Made by a program: the position numbers and the translations under genes. A stretch of 64,000 nt of DNA from Eledone cirrhosa (Eukaryota): positions 334,800,001 to 334,864,000 of the forward strand of contig OZ024741.1 of the NCBI GenBank assembly GCA_964016885.1, written 5' to 3'. Shown piece after piece: positions 40,397 through 54,160 of the stretch. The notes beneath the pieces are model-generated. The model was not told the origin of the DNA and ran no database searches. It worked only from the letters and a program-made list of their open reading frames with translations. Each line of letters begins with the position of its first letter. Position 1 is the stretch's first letter.

Positions 40397-40962
40397 GAGC
40401 CAGAGTTGTGTTTTCATTGTTTAGCTAAGGTAACACTGACTAACAGACTGTTGACTACTGAGGATCAGAGTTGTGTTTCTACTACTCAGCTAAGGTGATA
40501 CTGACTGACTGCTGAGAGTCAGAGGTGTGTTTTCACTGCTCAGCTAAGATGACACTGAGTCACAGACTGTTGAGAGTCAGAGATGTTTCTTCACTGCTCA
40601 GCTAAGGTGACACTGACTAACAGACTGTTGAGAGTCAGAGATGTTTCTTCACTGCTCAGCTAAGGTGACACTGACTGCCAGACTGTTGACTACTGAAGAC
40701 TAGAGGTGTGTTTTCACTGCTCAGCTAAGGCAACACTGACAAACAGACTGTTGAGGGGTAGAGGTGTGTTTTCACTGCTCAGCTCAGGTAACACTGACTA
40801 ACAGACTGCTGAGGACCAGGTGTGTTTCTGCTGTTCAGCTGAAGTGACACTGATTAACAGACTGCTGACTATTGAAGGCCAGAGGTGTGTTTTTACTGCT
40901 CAGCTAAGGTAACACAGTCAAACAGACTGTTAATGGGCAGAGGTGTGTTTTCACTGCTCAGT
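40397..40962. repeat. ~55-65 bp minisatellite, ~10 units
   Basis: Unit ~AGAGGTGTGTTTTCACTGCTCAGCTAAGGTGACACTGACTAACAGACTGTTG. Confidence 0.85.
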
Positions 40963-42947
40963 TAACTCCTGTTTAGTATCAACTTCGAGCTGACCAGGGA
41001 AGAACAATCCAAAGAGAGGTGGTGTAGGATCAATGACTAACTCACTGATCATTTGCTGTAGGTGTGTGGGTCACTGTTGAGTTTAGTACCTAAAGATGTT
41101 AACACCTCAAAACAAAAGATGTATATAGGGGAGGTAACTTTGGTAGGCATCTGCGTGTGCATGCCCGTATATGACTGCTTATATGTATGTATGTATATAT
41201 ATATTGTGTGATTGGATGTATGTGTGCATTATAATAATAATTGTTTCTACTTTAGGCACAAGGCCAGCAAATACTCAGTACATTACTGGTACTTTATTTT
41301 ATCGACCCCCCACAAGGATGAAAGGCAAAGTCAACCTCGGCGGGATTTGAACTCAGATCGTAAAGGGACGTAACTAAGGATGATAATAATAATGATTTCT
41401 AGTATAGGCAGGCTCAAGGCCAGTAATTTGGGGGGGGGGGGGGAAAGTCGATTAAATCGACCCCAGTATGTTACTGGTACTTTATTTTATCGACCTTGTA
41501 AGGATGAAAGGCAAAGTTAACCTCAGCGGGATTTGAACTCAGAACATAAAGTGCCATAAATCTATGCTGCAAAGCATGTCGTCCGACCCTTTACCAATAC
41601 TACCAATCCACCGCTAATAACAAAATTTATTGTCTACAGTACACCGGTGCACTACAACTCATCAAAGGTGCATGTATAGTACATAGAATAATGTACAAAT
41701 GTCCGGAAAGTGATCAATGTATGAGTCATGATATACACACAGACACACGCACACACACACACACAGATGCCAGTGTGTGTACAGAGGGGGAATATCAGGT
41801 GTAGCGTTGGCGAATTTCAGGAAGCATGGAAGTTTATGGTTGAATGTATGTGTGAATGTATATATGTACGTGTACTGGCCAGTCTAGCTTCACTCCCTGT
41901 CACTCCAACACTAATACACACATACTCAACAACTAACTACTAACGACATCATTTAATACTACATCCCCCCTTGTACTACCAATAGACACACATCCACACA
42001 CATCCACACACACACACTGCCATTCAGGCTCCCTTCCAAATCCCTTCTGTTCTGAGTATGCCACCACCTCTCTCCTTCTTCTTCCTCCCCTTCCCTCACC
42101 TGACCACTCACTAACCGCACTCGCCCAATACATATCTCTTGTCACTGGATTACACGTGGATATTCAGATATGCACACACATGCTCATACACAGACATACC
42201 CATACATAAATATAGACACATTCACCCTCACACAGATGCACATAAAATAGTTCCGCTACAGACAATATATAAAGTCACAAACACACATGTGGAGATACAC
42301 ATACACACACTCATCTGACACATCTGAAAATACACACACACACAAACGTATCACTCACATTCATAGAAACAATAGAAAAAAGTCACATACACACACGTAT
42401 GCACACATTCACATGCATACACACACAAGAACTCACAGACATACACCAGTGTGCACACACCAACAATATAAGACTTAGAAACATCCACGTGCTCACACAT
42501 ATACACTAACAGAAGCAGTAATGCACACCTACCAATTTTATCCCATGACACACCTGGACCCTCCACTTCAGCCCTCCCTCCTGAATGCTGAACCACTCAC
42601 CTACCATCCCCAACCTTATTATTTCTTCCTAATTTTCTTTTTTAAACTTTCACGTAACAACTTCCATGTATCTACCTATTCTCTCCCTATCTTAACTTAC
42701 CTGACAAAGGTTTTCTATCCAAAACATAGAACCATCCTCCACTTCCTCTAAGAGTGAACCTAATAAGACTTTCTATTTTTGCATCCCTGTGTTTGTTTTG
42801 TTTTATTTGTTGAATCGGCCACCTGACTAAGGAAACTTCTTGTTGAGTCAAACATTGAATGTTAAAACTATGCTCGATATACAGTACTCATAACCTCTAC
42901 TTGGGTTATCTTAAATGATATCTCGTTAACTTATATATATTTATATA

Positions 42948-43220
42948 GGGAGTGAAACGAGCAGTTACTGTAGGTTCACCCGACTGAGCACTCTATGTGT
43001 AGTTTCCAGTCTGTAAGGAGTTGTAGAACTAAACAGTGTAAATATAATAATACAAGGACGATTTGTTATGCCTTCGTTATGTTTATTGATTAGCTCAAGG
43101 TTTGATTTTTTTATTCCAGAGTCAGGCTAGATCGATACAGATCAAGCTGATCAATAGCGAAACGTGCGTACTACTCAATAAACATAATGAAGACATAACA
43201 AATTGTCCTTCTATTATTAT
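42948..43220. mobile_element. fold-back element with decayed HHR
   Basis: Arms ~43044-43093 / 43171-43220. GCTA...TAGC-GAAA-CGTGCG-TA-CTACTC is retained, but the CUGANGA core is missing. Confidence 0.65.
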
Positions 43221-43221
43221 C

Positions 43222-43575
43222 ATTTTTTGTTGAAAGATGGGTGAGAGAGGCAAGAATGGCCCGAGTGAATGGGCCTACTCTGAGTATATGCCTGTAAATT
43301 GAAGGTGGAAAACTGGGAGAGGGCACTTGCCCTGGTGGTCAGGGTCACCGTGGCTTTTTTTAATGGGCTTTCTCCACGATGGCCCTCGGAAGTCTCCCCC
43401 ACCCCTATTGGGAAATTTTTCATTGTTCTTTTATTACATCCTCTATTTTTTGTTTTTTTACACGCAGAAATGCCCATTTGTACCGTCCTGTATTGGCCTG
43501 TACTGTCCTTAATGTCTACTTTGTGTAAACCCTTGTGGTTAATAAAGAAAGTATTATTATCATTATTATTATTAT
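43222..43575 (+). mobile_element. probable LINE (L1/Tx1-like) 3' end
   Basis: Short ORF-end-like segment, T-rich 3' UTR, AATAAA and an (ATT)n tail. Confidence 0.4.
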
Positions 43576-44062
43576 TTATATATATATATATATAAGTCTG
43601 CATGTATGTATGATTGTATATATAACTAATTCTTGTTCTCTTCCACTCTCTCATAGATTTTTTTCTCTCTCTAAAAGTGTATGCATGCAAATACATGCAC
43701 ACTCAATGTACACATACCTAAATATATACACCACACACACATGTTCACATGCATATATAGACACACACCCATATATATATATATATATATATATACATAC
43801 ACCTATGTATATATATATATATATATATATACATACATACATACACATACCTATGTATATATATATATATAAACACACACACGCACACCCCTGTGTTTAC
43901 CCTGAACTGTGTTCTTGTTATGAAACAATCTGTCATTAATCCTACCACATTTTACTTTTTCTTTGATAAAACCTCTCAGGATAGAACTTTCAACAAAGAC
44001 TTTTTTATAAAAGAGAAGGAATTGGGATCTCATTGTTTTTAGTTGCCACTGCTCATGTCATT

Positions 44063-44064
<2 letters not shown>

Positions 44065-44104
<40 letters not shown>

Positions 44105-44117
44105 TGTATGTATATAT

Positions 44118-44149
<32 letters not shown>

Positions 44150-44151
44150 GT

Positions 44152-44193
<42 letters not shown>

Positions 44194-44195
44194 AC

Positions 44196-44227
<32 letters not shown>

Positions 44228-44274
44228 GTATACACATATATATGTATATATATATATATATATACATATATATG

Positions 44275-44306
<32 letters not shown>

Positions 44307-44482
44307 CATACATATATATGTGTATATATATATATACATATATGTATGTATATATATATACATACATATATGTATATATATATATATATATTGGTAAACG
44401 AATATATATATATATAGATATATATATATATACATACATATATGTATGTATATATATACATACATATATGTATATATATATA
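44065..44482. repeat. compound (TA)n microsatellite
   Basis: Direct reading of the sequence. Confidence 0.95.
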
Positions 44483-45642
44483 CCCACACACATATCTGTT
44501 TTCTCATTCTATATACACACGCATACACACACTTGCACAAATATATTTTATTTTTTATTTTTATATAATAAGCTTTCTCAATCCCTGACTTTTCAACAAT
44601 AGTCTCTCCTCTTCCTCCCTCTTCCCCCTCCCTTATTTTTTTAAAAATAAGCAATCTTTTGATGAGTGACAATCCTATCCCCTCTCTACAGCTGCTGCTG
44701 TTTATATAATTATTCTTATTTATTTTGATAATCTTTGAATTCTACAAGATTTATGTACATGTCTGTCTATATGTGGAATGGAGTCTTGTGCTATGTTTTA
44801 GGAGGTTGCTGGGTTTTTTGCCATTGTTTCGTATTTAAAAAAACACATCCATTTTTTTTTTATTCTCTCTCTCTAAACATCTTTTTGTGCCTCATTCTTT
44901 TCAGATGCAGTAAAACTTGTATATTTTTATGAAAATAAAAACAAAAAGAGTCAAACATGCTGGATTGTATATTGGTTTTGTTATTAACTCTGTCTTTGTG
45001 TGTGTGTGTCAAAATGCAGATGTTAAAATGTAAAACAAAATGAAACTATGTTTCACTTTGTGTTTGAGAATTATATGGAAAAAAAAAAAAAATATATATA
45101 TATAAGATTACCAGTGTAATCTCTGTGTGTGTGTGTGAATGTGTGTGTGTACGTATGTGTATATGTATGTATGTGTATGTGTATGTGTATACAAATATGC
45201 ATATGTCTATACATGTATGTATGTATGTTCCCTTTTTACTTTTAATTTAAAGTTTATTTTTGACTGGCCACCTTCCCAGTGGCAAGGCTGTAATGATAAG
45301 GGACATTTTTGTCACCTGTGTAAGCATTCATCCTTTGAATTGTAAGAATGTTTCACAAATTTTGAAGGTTAAAGCAGTCATTTGTAGTTTATCTATGCAT
45401 GAGATTGTGTGGGTGTGTTTGTGTGTATGCAATTGCTATCCCAAAGTTTACTTGGAGAGTGATACTCTGGTAGAAAACCCGAAGATAAATCAGTTGCAGT
45501 CGGTCCAACCTATGTTGGGCCATCAGGTTTCCCTGCTAGTTTTGCCTGAAAAGTGGATGTGGTTCTGTGCAAACCACATCCACTATACTCAAATTCATTC
45601 ACAGGAACTTCTTAGACCCTATCTATGCATGATCAGTGTGTG

Positions 45643-45682
<40 letters not shown>

Positions 45683-45684
<2 letters not shown>

Positions 45685-45751
45685 CAAAGGAAGTGTGGTA
45701 AGGAACCAGGTGGACCATAATGCACCAGAGTACTCAATACTTAGGGTAGTA
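45683..45751 (-). mobile_element. family A tail-only copy
   Basis: Reverse complement of the copy 1 tail (~638-705), lying between two (TA)n tracts. Confidence 0.75.
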
Positions 45752-45783
<32 letters not shown>

Positions 45784-46046
45784 ATATACACACACACGTA
45801 CATATACACATATTACATTTGTGTGTTCCAAAATCATTACCTAGACTACCTGACAGTTTGACTAGTTTACTCTCTATATTTTCATGTTGTTTTTTACTTT
45901 ACTTGCACTACCTTTTATTTTCTATGTCTATCCCTTATGATCTTGTCTCCATTTTTGTACTCCTGAAGAAGGGCTAAAGCCCAACACGTCGAACTTTCTT
46001 TCCCCTTTTCCATATAAAGTGTGAAACTAATAAGACTTTTTGTACC

Positions 46047-46105
<59 letters not shown>

Positions 46106-48649
46106 ATATATATATATATATATATATGATATCATGATCCATTAGCATCTGTTTTCTTTGCTTGTAAGTATCGGGTGAGTTGTTACAGACTAATCAGTTA
46201 GAGACAATGTCAGACATTGACCTCCCAGACAGGCTGGAGGATTGCACCTTGCTTACATTCCTGCTCTCCAGAAGTGCACCAGAGGCACTTTAGCACAACA
46301 TCAACATTAGGAAGGTTGTCATGCCCTTGACGCATTTGAAGAGTCTTCCCGATCCCTTCTTTTGCAAGGTTTTTTTTTATATCTGCATGATCTTCCTATC
46401 ATCAACCACTTTACCGAGTGTACTAGGTGCATTCTGTTTTGTTACCGACATTACGGGGGTTGTTGTACCCCTGACACAATTGATGAGTGATCTTCATCCC
46501 TTTTTGGGGGACATTTTCTGTGGTACCAACAATAGAGAGGTATTTGTGTCATGACTAAAGGCTTCTCTCAACCCTCTCCTGTATGGTTTCTATGGCTGGA
46601 AGCTGTTCCTAACACTAACCACTTTACAGGGGGTGCTGTGTGTGGTTTATCATGGACCCAGCACTAGGGAGGTTGTGGGTCATAGACACACCTAAAGGGC
46701 TCCCTCTACCCTATGAGGGGAGGTACCTGGAAAAAGGATGGGGGCAAGGCAAGAAGGATAAATGTATCATGAGTAAGTGACACGTGTGATTGAGGGTTGG
46801 CTGAAAAGTTCATTGGTTGCTTATGAAGGAATGATGCTAGAGCTGTGAAATCTTGCATTTATTTCAACTCCTCTTGTTAATAACTGCATTACTTCTTTCC
46901 AGTGACTATATTCAAAAGTAAACATAATTTGTTCATTCCATGACAGTATCTTGGTCAGCCTATGAACGTTTCAGCCGACCCTTGTATATGAGGTGTGTGT
47001 GTGAAAATATCTACCATTAATACCATTTGTAAAAGCTGTTGAAATTTACTGGAATGGAGATGGGGTAGGTGGCAAATAAACTTATCATGCCAGTTGTAAC
47101 CATTCAAACGTAACCGTTCCTTTTTTTTTCTACCTATCTATCTTTCTATCTATCTCTTTTTTTTTGTTTTAGCTTAGCCATCTAATATCACATAACTGGA
47201 GATAATCTTAGATATAATTTGTTTAAAACGCTAGGTATTCTCAGGTCTTGAATAATCCCCCCCCCCCACCCATTAATCTTTTAGATTGTTCTAGCCCCCT
47301 CCCCTTCTATTAAATTTTGTTAATCTATCTCCAGCGAAATTTTATTGTAAGTGATTCATATTGATACAGCAGTTGGAGAATCTAATAATACTCTTATTTT
47401 ACATTTAAAAAAAAAACGTTATATATGACAAAAAAGAACATTACAAGAAATCCCATATTTTCGAACGTACACTATACAATTACCGATTCCCCCCACTCCC
47501 CGTTTATAAGAATGTAAGCAAACGTCTACCCCCTCCCCCTGTTATTTGGGACGACCTAGAGTAATTCATCTGTTTTTTTCTTGCAGAACAAACGACCACG
47601 TAGAACAGTGTTCCTCAACCTTTTTATCCTTGTGGAACTTTTATAATAGTTTTCATGTCTCAAGGAACCTCTGCATAAACATTTTTATATACCATTGGAG
47701 TTACGGCCCTTGCCATTCTGAGTTCAAATCCCGCCGAGGTTAACTTTGCCTTTCATCCTTATGGGGTCGATAAAATAAAGTACCAGTAATACACTGGGTA
47801 ATTGCTGGCCTTGTGCCAAAAGTAGAAACAATTAATATCTATCATGGGCGGTGGATTGGCAGTATCGGAAGAGGATCTGACGCGATGGTTTGCAGCAAAG
47901 AGTTACGGCCCTTTATGGTCTGAGTTCAAATCCCGCCGAGGTTAACTTTGCCTTTCATCCTTACGAGGTCGATAAAATAAAGTACCAGTAATGTACTGGT
48001 TAATTGTCGGCCTTGTGCCCAAAATAGAAATAATTATCAATATATATCACTTTTATATTTTTATTATAGTTCACGTGGTAAACATATTTTTTTCGGATAA
48101 CTGGTTTAAGGAAAAATGACCTCCTTTTTTGTCAAATTTATTTACGATGACGAAAAACAAACAAACAAAAAACAAAAACAAATACAACAAAATTAAAAAG
48201 TAAAAATCAAACTGTTCCTTCATGAGATCTCGGCGTAGAGATGGATAACGACCTAGTTTTAAATAATATAAGAGGTTGAAGCTTTTACTATAATAACCAA
48301 GGATATTCCAACAATATACTGTCTGTGTATAGTAAAATCACGAATATAGAGAATTAAACAAATCCGGGGAACACCGGTGAAAACACTGATGTAGTGGTTC
48401 GATTGAAAGTTATATGAGCGAAGATTTTCCACGATCTTTATTTTTAAGATCATGTATGGTCCAAGGGAGACAACTTTGTGCAAACTAAACATCTTACACA
48501 TACACACATTTTCGTAAAGCTGGACAATTTATTCTACACTCAATACGAATCAATGGTCCTTGGAATTTTGAAACGAAGATTTTGGTGTGTGTGTGTGTGT
48601 GTGACACACATGGATGTACATATTAGAGGTGTATGTGAAGGATATATAT

Positions 48650-48852
48650 ATAGGAAAAAGTATAACCCCGACGGCAGAGCTCAAGCCGTTTCGACGGCTA
48701 TTTCTGGACTCAAATAGTTCAGAAATAGCCGTCGAAACGGCTTGAGCTCTACCGTCGGGGTCATACTTTTTCCTATTTCCCACTCTACTACCCTAAGTAT
48801 TGAGTACTCTGGTGCGTTATGGTCCATCTGGTTCTTTACCACAATTCCTTTG

Positions 48853-48854
<2 letters not shown>
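48650..48854 (+). mobile_element. fold-back element family A, copy 2
   Basis: Arms 48650-48706 / 48720-48776, same tail as copy 1, TA-flanked. Confidence 0.8.
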
Positions 48855-48914
<60 letters not shown>

Positions 48915-49343
48915 TTGGTGTTGGTGGCGGTGGAGTCATGGTCTTTAAACTGGTGGTGATAGTATAAGAGGAACTAATATTGATAGTTGATGATGGTGTC
49001 GGTGATAACAGAAGCGGTATTGATTTGTGTGTTTGTACACACACACACACACACACACGCACACACACACACATACACACATATAAAGAACAAAATGAAG
49101 TTTCACATTAAGTTTCTTATTGATTATGTACAGTTATGACTGCTTCACAGATGGGTGGCTCAGGATCCAGTTAATGTTATAGACTAGACTGCTGCCCTCA
49201 TCTGCTCATCAGACTTGTTAATCAAGCAAAACCAAAATCTCATGTACTTTGATTTATTATAGAAATGACTTCTAGAGAACAAGAACTATTTCATTCGTAA
49301 GAAATGATGATACACAAATACACATTTATGTGTGTCAGAATAC

Positions 49344-49559
49344 TTAACCCTTTAGCATTTAAACCAGTCGTATCCGGCCAGAATTCTCTCACCTCTTTCT
49401 CTTCAAACCGACTGTAACTGGCCATTCATAGTGATGTTAAGGTATTGTTCTCAACCTAAATAATATCAAAATCTCATAGATTCAATATTATGTGAGGTAA
49501 AACCTTTACCATGAAAATATAATAGTATTTATAGGATAATGTAAATGCTAAAGGGTTAA
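49344..49559. mobile_element. piggyBac-type MITE
   Basis: TTAA-CCCTTTAGCATTTA ... TAAATGCTAAAGGG-TTAA. Second copy at 11996-12194. Confidence 0.85.
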
Positions 49560-50636
49560 ACATTGCTATACCAATGATAGGAACTCGGGCAGTGTGGGAG
49601 AATGTTTTCTGATGAGCAGAACCCTAAGCATAACAAGCAGATTGTGAGGCCATTTGGTCTTCTGACATTCCCATGGCCCAACCCCACAGGTTCCAGCTGT
49701 GAGAGGCAGCCTGCATCGTCTGAGTCATGCTTAATGATCTCAGTATATTTATATTGCTTCAGGCAAACTACAGCATTTTATTATTATACATATATATAAT
49801 TGAGTTCAAATCCCGCCGAGGTTAACTTTGCCTTTCATCCTTATGGGGTCGATAAAATAAAGTACCAGTAATGTACTGGGTAATTGCTGGCCTTGTGCCA
49901 AAAGTAGAAACAATTATTATATATATATATATTAGGGTGGCCCTTAGCAATAGGTAATTTTCTGAAAGTTGACATTTTGCTGCTCCCACCCCCTAATCCT
50001 GTTCCAATCAACAAGAATACGCAATGATTAATTCTGTTCAAAAGCGATATACTGTTCCCTGTCTCAACCATTTTCTTTTTTCCTCTTAGAGAAATGTATG
50101 TGGACACATCCAGGCAACCCCAGCAAATGTTTAAAAACATTCTGAATCAAATTTATTAATAGTTAATTTGAAAAATTCCTGAAATATTAGGTTTTCTTAA
50201 TAAAGCACACAACTTCTATAAGAGAAACGCATTTTTATTTACAACAATAATTTCTATAGAATCAAAAACATAATGTGAACACTAAACACTGAATATTGAA
50301 CATTATTGGCATGGATTGGCAGTATCGGTAGAGAGTCGGACGCCATGCTTTCCAGCATAGTTACGTCCCTTTACGATCTGAGTTCAAATCCCGCCGAGGT
50401 TGACTTTGCCTTTCATCCTTACAGGGTCGATAAAATAAAGTACCAGTAATACACTGGGTAATTGCTGGCCTTGTGCCTAAAAGTAGAAACAATTATTGGC
50501 AGTATCGGTAGAGGGTCGGACACCATGCTTTGACACATAGAGTTACGGCCCTTGCCATTCTGAGTTCGAATCCCACTTATGGGTTTGATAAAATAAAGTA
50601 CCAGTAATGTACTGGGTAAAGTAGAAACAATTATTT

Positions 50637-50940
50637 TTATATAAGAGAGGATATAGTGGCTGTTGAGTATGTTTTACGGTTTACGGTAGCGATCTGTAAA
50701 ACAAATTGTTTCTCAGTTTCATCTTTTGTGAGAATGTAATTGTAATCCTGAATGACTTTGACACCTCTTTCTGCAACATCATTCACAACTGTCTTCTCAA
50801 GTTTTTCAAGTCTACTTTTGTTGAAGCGTCTTTGTCGAGGAAATCACTGCAGATAGAAAATCTTGTGAAGACAGAGACAAAAACTCGATGTTTGTAAAGG
50901 AAGAAAAGTCATTTTGGTGCAGAATGTACCTCTTCAGTTG
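50637..50940 (-). pseudogene. DNA transposase C-terminal remnant (hAT/hATm-like)
   Basis: Minus strand reads FTRFSICSDFLDKDAS ... VVNDVAERGVKVIQDYNYILTKDETEKQFVLQI. It lies inside the TIR end at 49932. The superfamily call is from memory of the VVNDxAERG motif. Confidence 0.6.
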
Positions 50941-51009
50941 ATTTTTTTCTTCTTCCTCTTCTTCACCTTTGTCTGCTTCCAGCATAACTTGAGCAATATT
51001 TGCCTTAAA

Positions 51010-51900
51010 CTCTCCTTGCTCTCCTTTTATCCTTGCTCTCCTTGCTCTCCTTTTCTCATTGCTCTCCTTGCTCTCCTTTTCTCCTTTATCTCCTTGCTCT
51101 CCTTACTCTCCTTTTCTCATTGCTCTCCTTACTCTGCTCTCCTTACTCTCCTTTTCTCACTGCTCTCCTTGCTCTCCTTTTCTCATTGCTCTTCTTTTAT
51201 CCTTTATCTCCTTGCTCTCCTTGCTCTCCTTTTCTCATTGCTCTCCTTGCTCTCCTTTTATCCTTGATCTCCTTGCTCTCCTTTTCTCATTGCTTTCCTT
51301 ACTCTCTGCTCCCCTTGCTCTCCCTTTCTCCTTGCTCTCCTTTGCTCCTTACTCTCCTTTCTCATTGCTCTCCTTGCTCTCTTTTTCTCATTGCTCTCCT
51401 TCCTCTCATTTTCTCATTTTCTACTTACTCTCCTTTCTCATTGCTCTCCTTGCTCTCCTTTTATCCTTGATCTCCTTGCTCTCCTTACTCTCCCTTGCTA
51501 ATTGCTCCCCTTGCTCTCCCTTTCTCCTTTGCTCCTTACTCTCCTTTCTCATTGCTCTCCTTGCTCTCTTTTTCTCATTGCTCTCCTTCCTCTCCTTTTC
51601 TACTTACTCTCCTTTCTCATTGCTCTCCTTGTTCTCCTTTTCTTGTTGCTCTCCTTGCTCTCCTTTTCCCATTGCTCTCCTTGCTCTCATTTTCTCATTG
51701 CTCTCCTTGCTCTCATTTTCTCGTTGCTCTCCTTTTCTCCTTTTCTCCTTTTCTCCTTTTCTCCTTACTCTCCCTTTCTCATTGCTCTCCTTGCTCTCAT
51801 TTTCTCGTTGCTCTCCTTTTCTCATGGTTCTCCTTGCTCTCCTTTTCTCATTGATCTCCTTGCTCTCCTTTTCTCATTGCTCTCCTTTTCTCCTTCTATC
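51010..51900. repeat. pyrimidine-rich low-complexity tandem repeat
   Basis: TTCTCATTGCTCTCCTTGCTCTCCT units. Confidence 0.9.
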
Positions 51901-52074
51901 TATGTACTTGTTTATATACAAATACAATGAGAAAAGGGGAGAAATATGAAAGCAAGGATAGTAAGGAGAGTATATATATATATATACATATCATATATAT
52001 GTATATAAATATATATTACTCAATACCAAGTACTCATTACTCTCAGCTGTTAACCACATACAGATATATGGATA

Positions 52075-52447
52075 TTAGGGTGGCCCTTGGCAATAGGTAA
52101 TTTTCCGAAAGTTCAAATTTTGCTGCTCCCACAGCGAACAATAGGTGTTTGCCCTATACCTGCGCTCTGTCCCCAGCTTTGCAAGTTGCCTTCCCCATTA
52201 TATTTATTGTCACTTATCCTTCTAATACCAAGAATAAGTCTGAACAAGTCTAATTTAAGAGAAAATTATATAAGAGATAAAAAATTTTTATCTGAAAAAA
52301 TGACTTTCCTGGTGAAAACTTTGAGGGTCGCCTTGCAGTTGTCCGCTTGACCTAAAGTTTTGCATAGATTGTTCTTTTGTTAATTGGAACAAGATAGGGT
52401 GGTGGGCGCTAAACCTTTAGAAAGTTGAAAAATAAGGGCCACTCTAA
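52075..52447. mobile_element. MITE with TTAGGGTGGCCCTT termini (hAT/hATm-like)
   Basis: TIRs TTAGGGTGGCCCTT / AAGGGCCACTCTAA. The same left end occurs at 49932. Confidence 0.75.
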
Positions 52448-52615
52448 TATATATATATATATATAATCTATTTTAGAACCATTGAGTGATAGGAAGTTTT
52501 TCAATTTGAAAGTTAAAAGCATCAACATTGTTTGACTGTTGAAATTAGTCTAAGTTAGGCATTTTAGAATTGATCAGTTAAAACAAATGATGTTGCAATT
52601 GTGATATAGACATAT

Positions 52616-52696
<81 letters not shown>

Positions 52697-53434
52697 ATAT
52701 ATAGTGTCTGTGGTGCTGAGACTGAGGAGAGCACTAATCATGTGAGTACTCGATACATGGGCAGATGTACAACGGGCACAGAGACAGAAGCTGAAACCAC
52801 TTGGTTCCACGGTCAGGATCTTATATATATATTTATCAGGGGCTTCTTAACAGTTTCTCTCTACCAAGTTTCACTCACAAGGGTTGACCTTAGGATATAG
52901 TAAATAATTGTTTCTACTTTTGGCAGAAGGCCAACAATAATTTCAGTATATTACTGGTACTTTATTTTATCGACCCTGTAAGGATGAAAGGCAAAGTTAA
53001 CCTTGGCGGGATTTGAACTCAGACCATAAAGGGCCGTAACTCTTTGCTGCCAATCCACTGCCCTTGGTTATAGTAAATAACATTTGCTCAGGGTGCTACA
53101 AATTGGGATTGAATTTTGGTTCCTTATGATTGTTAAGTGAAGTTCTTAACCATTTGGCCATGCCTACCTCTGTGTCCCAACTGTATCCCATAATGTAGGT
53201 TAACTACAGGACAGAATGTTATATGTGACTTAAACACATAATGTATGTTCCTGTGGTTAAATATGTGTTTAACTGATGGAAAACTTACATTTCCATTATA
53301 GTACATGCAAAAAAAAAAAAAAAAAAAAAAATTAGGTAGGACAACTTTAGTTGATAACACTACAATACTATATAGAATTCCACATAAAACAAGATGAATA
53401 ACTTTGCAGGCTTTACCAATATCAGAATATAAAC

Positions 53435-53581
53435 CAGTCATGGGCAAACTGAAACCTGTTTAGCTTTGTGAATAACACGCCTAATTTCAAAATTGCCTTG
53501 AATCTTTTTAGTAGTGTGGCCTGCCTTATGATGAACTACATCCTGTGTGGCCCAGCGCTCAAAAAAGTTTGTCCATGCCTG
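53435..53581. mobile_element. hAT-type MITE
   Basis: TIRs CAGTCATGGGCAAAC / GTTTGTCCATGCCTG with an 8 bp TSD ATATAAAC (53427-53434, 53582-53589). Confidence 0.85.
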
Positions 53582-54014
53582 ATATAAACCAAAAATTAAC
53601 ACACAGATACAGCATATGCTAGACTAGTTATAGTCACTGCCATGTTTCAATGATTGAGAACTTTTAAATCAGGTTTCCATAATCTATGCCACTCATCATA
53701 CTTTACAAAAACTACTAAGCACTTGAGTAATGTGCCACTAATATAACCATTCTGAAGATGGAGCTGTGAAGGCCTCAAAACACTAATATACACATGGATT
53801 TCAGAACCCTGTTGTCCAAAACTAAGCATTATTAAAGAAATAATGAGGAAATACAAGATATCCTTTATAAAAATGATCATTCTGGAGCACAGTCTTGTTT
53901 TCAATATGTATTTGTATGTTAGTGTGTGTGTGTGTGTGTGTGTATTTTTCCTCCAAAATGGCTGACTAAATGCACATGTGTTTTTTTCTCGAAAAATGTT
54001 TTTCTGTTCTTTTT

Positions 54015-54160
54015 TACCTTTCTATTTCATCTTTTGTTTCTCATTCTATCTTCTGATGAAGAACTAATATCTGAAATGCAAGGATTCTTTTCCTACTATA
54101 TTAAGCATTAGACTAATATATTTCTTCATTGTAATGTCTTGTTTGTTTTGTTGTTTCTGT
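54015..54160 (+). repeat. dispersed repeat with decayed HHR-like core (second copy 57836-57980)
   Basis: Two similar ~145 bp copies. Both carry TTCTGATGAA, followed by GAAATGC in one copy and AAAACGTTA in the other. Confidence 0.65.

Noticed and set aside
49609-49640. CTGATGA motif as a hammerhead (also 49206, 58425, 60568, 61296)
   Set aside because: No properly placed stem II, GAAA and NUH follow the motif.
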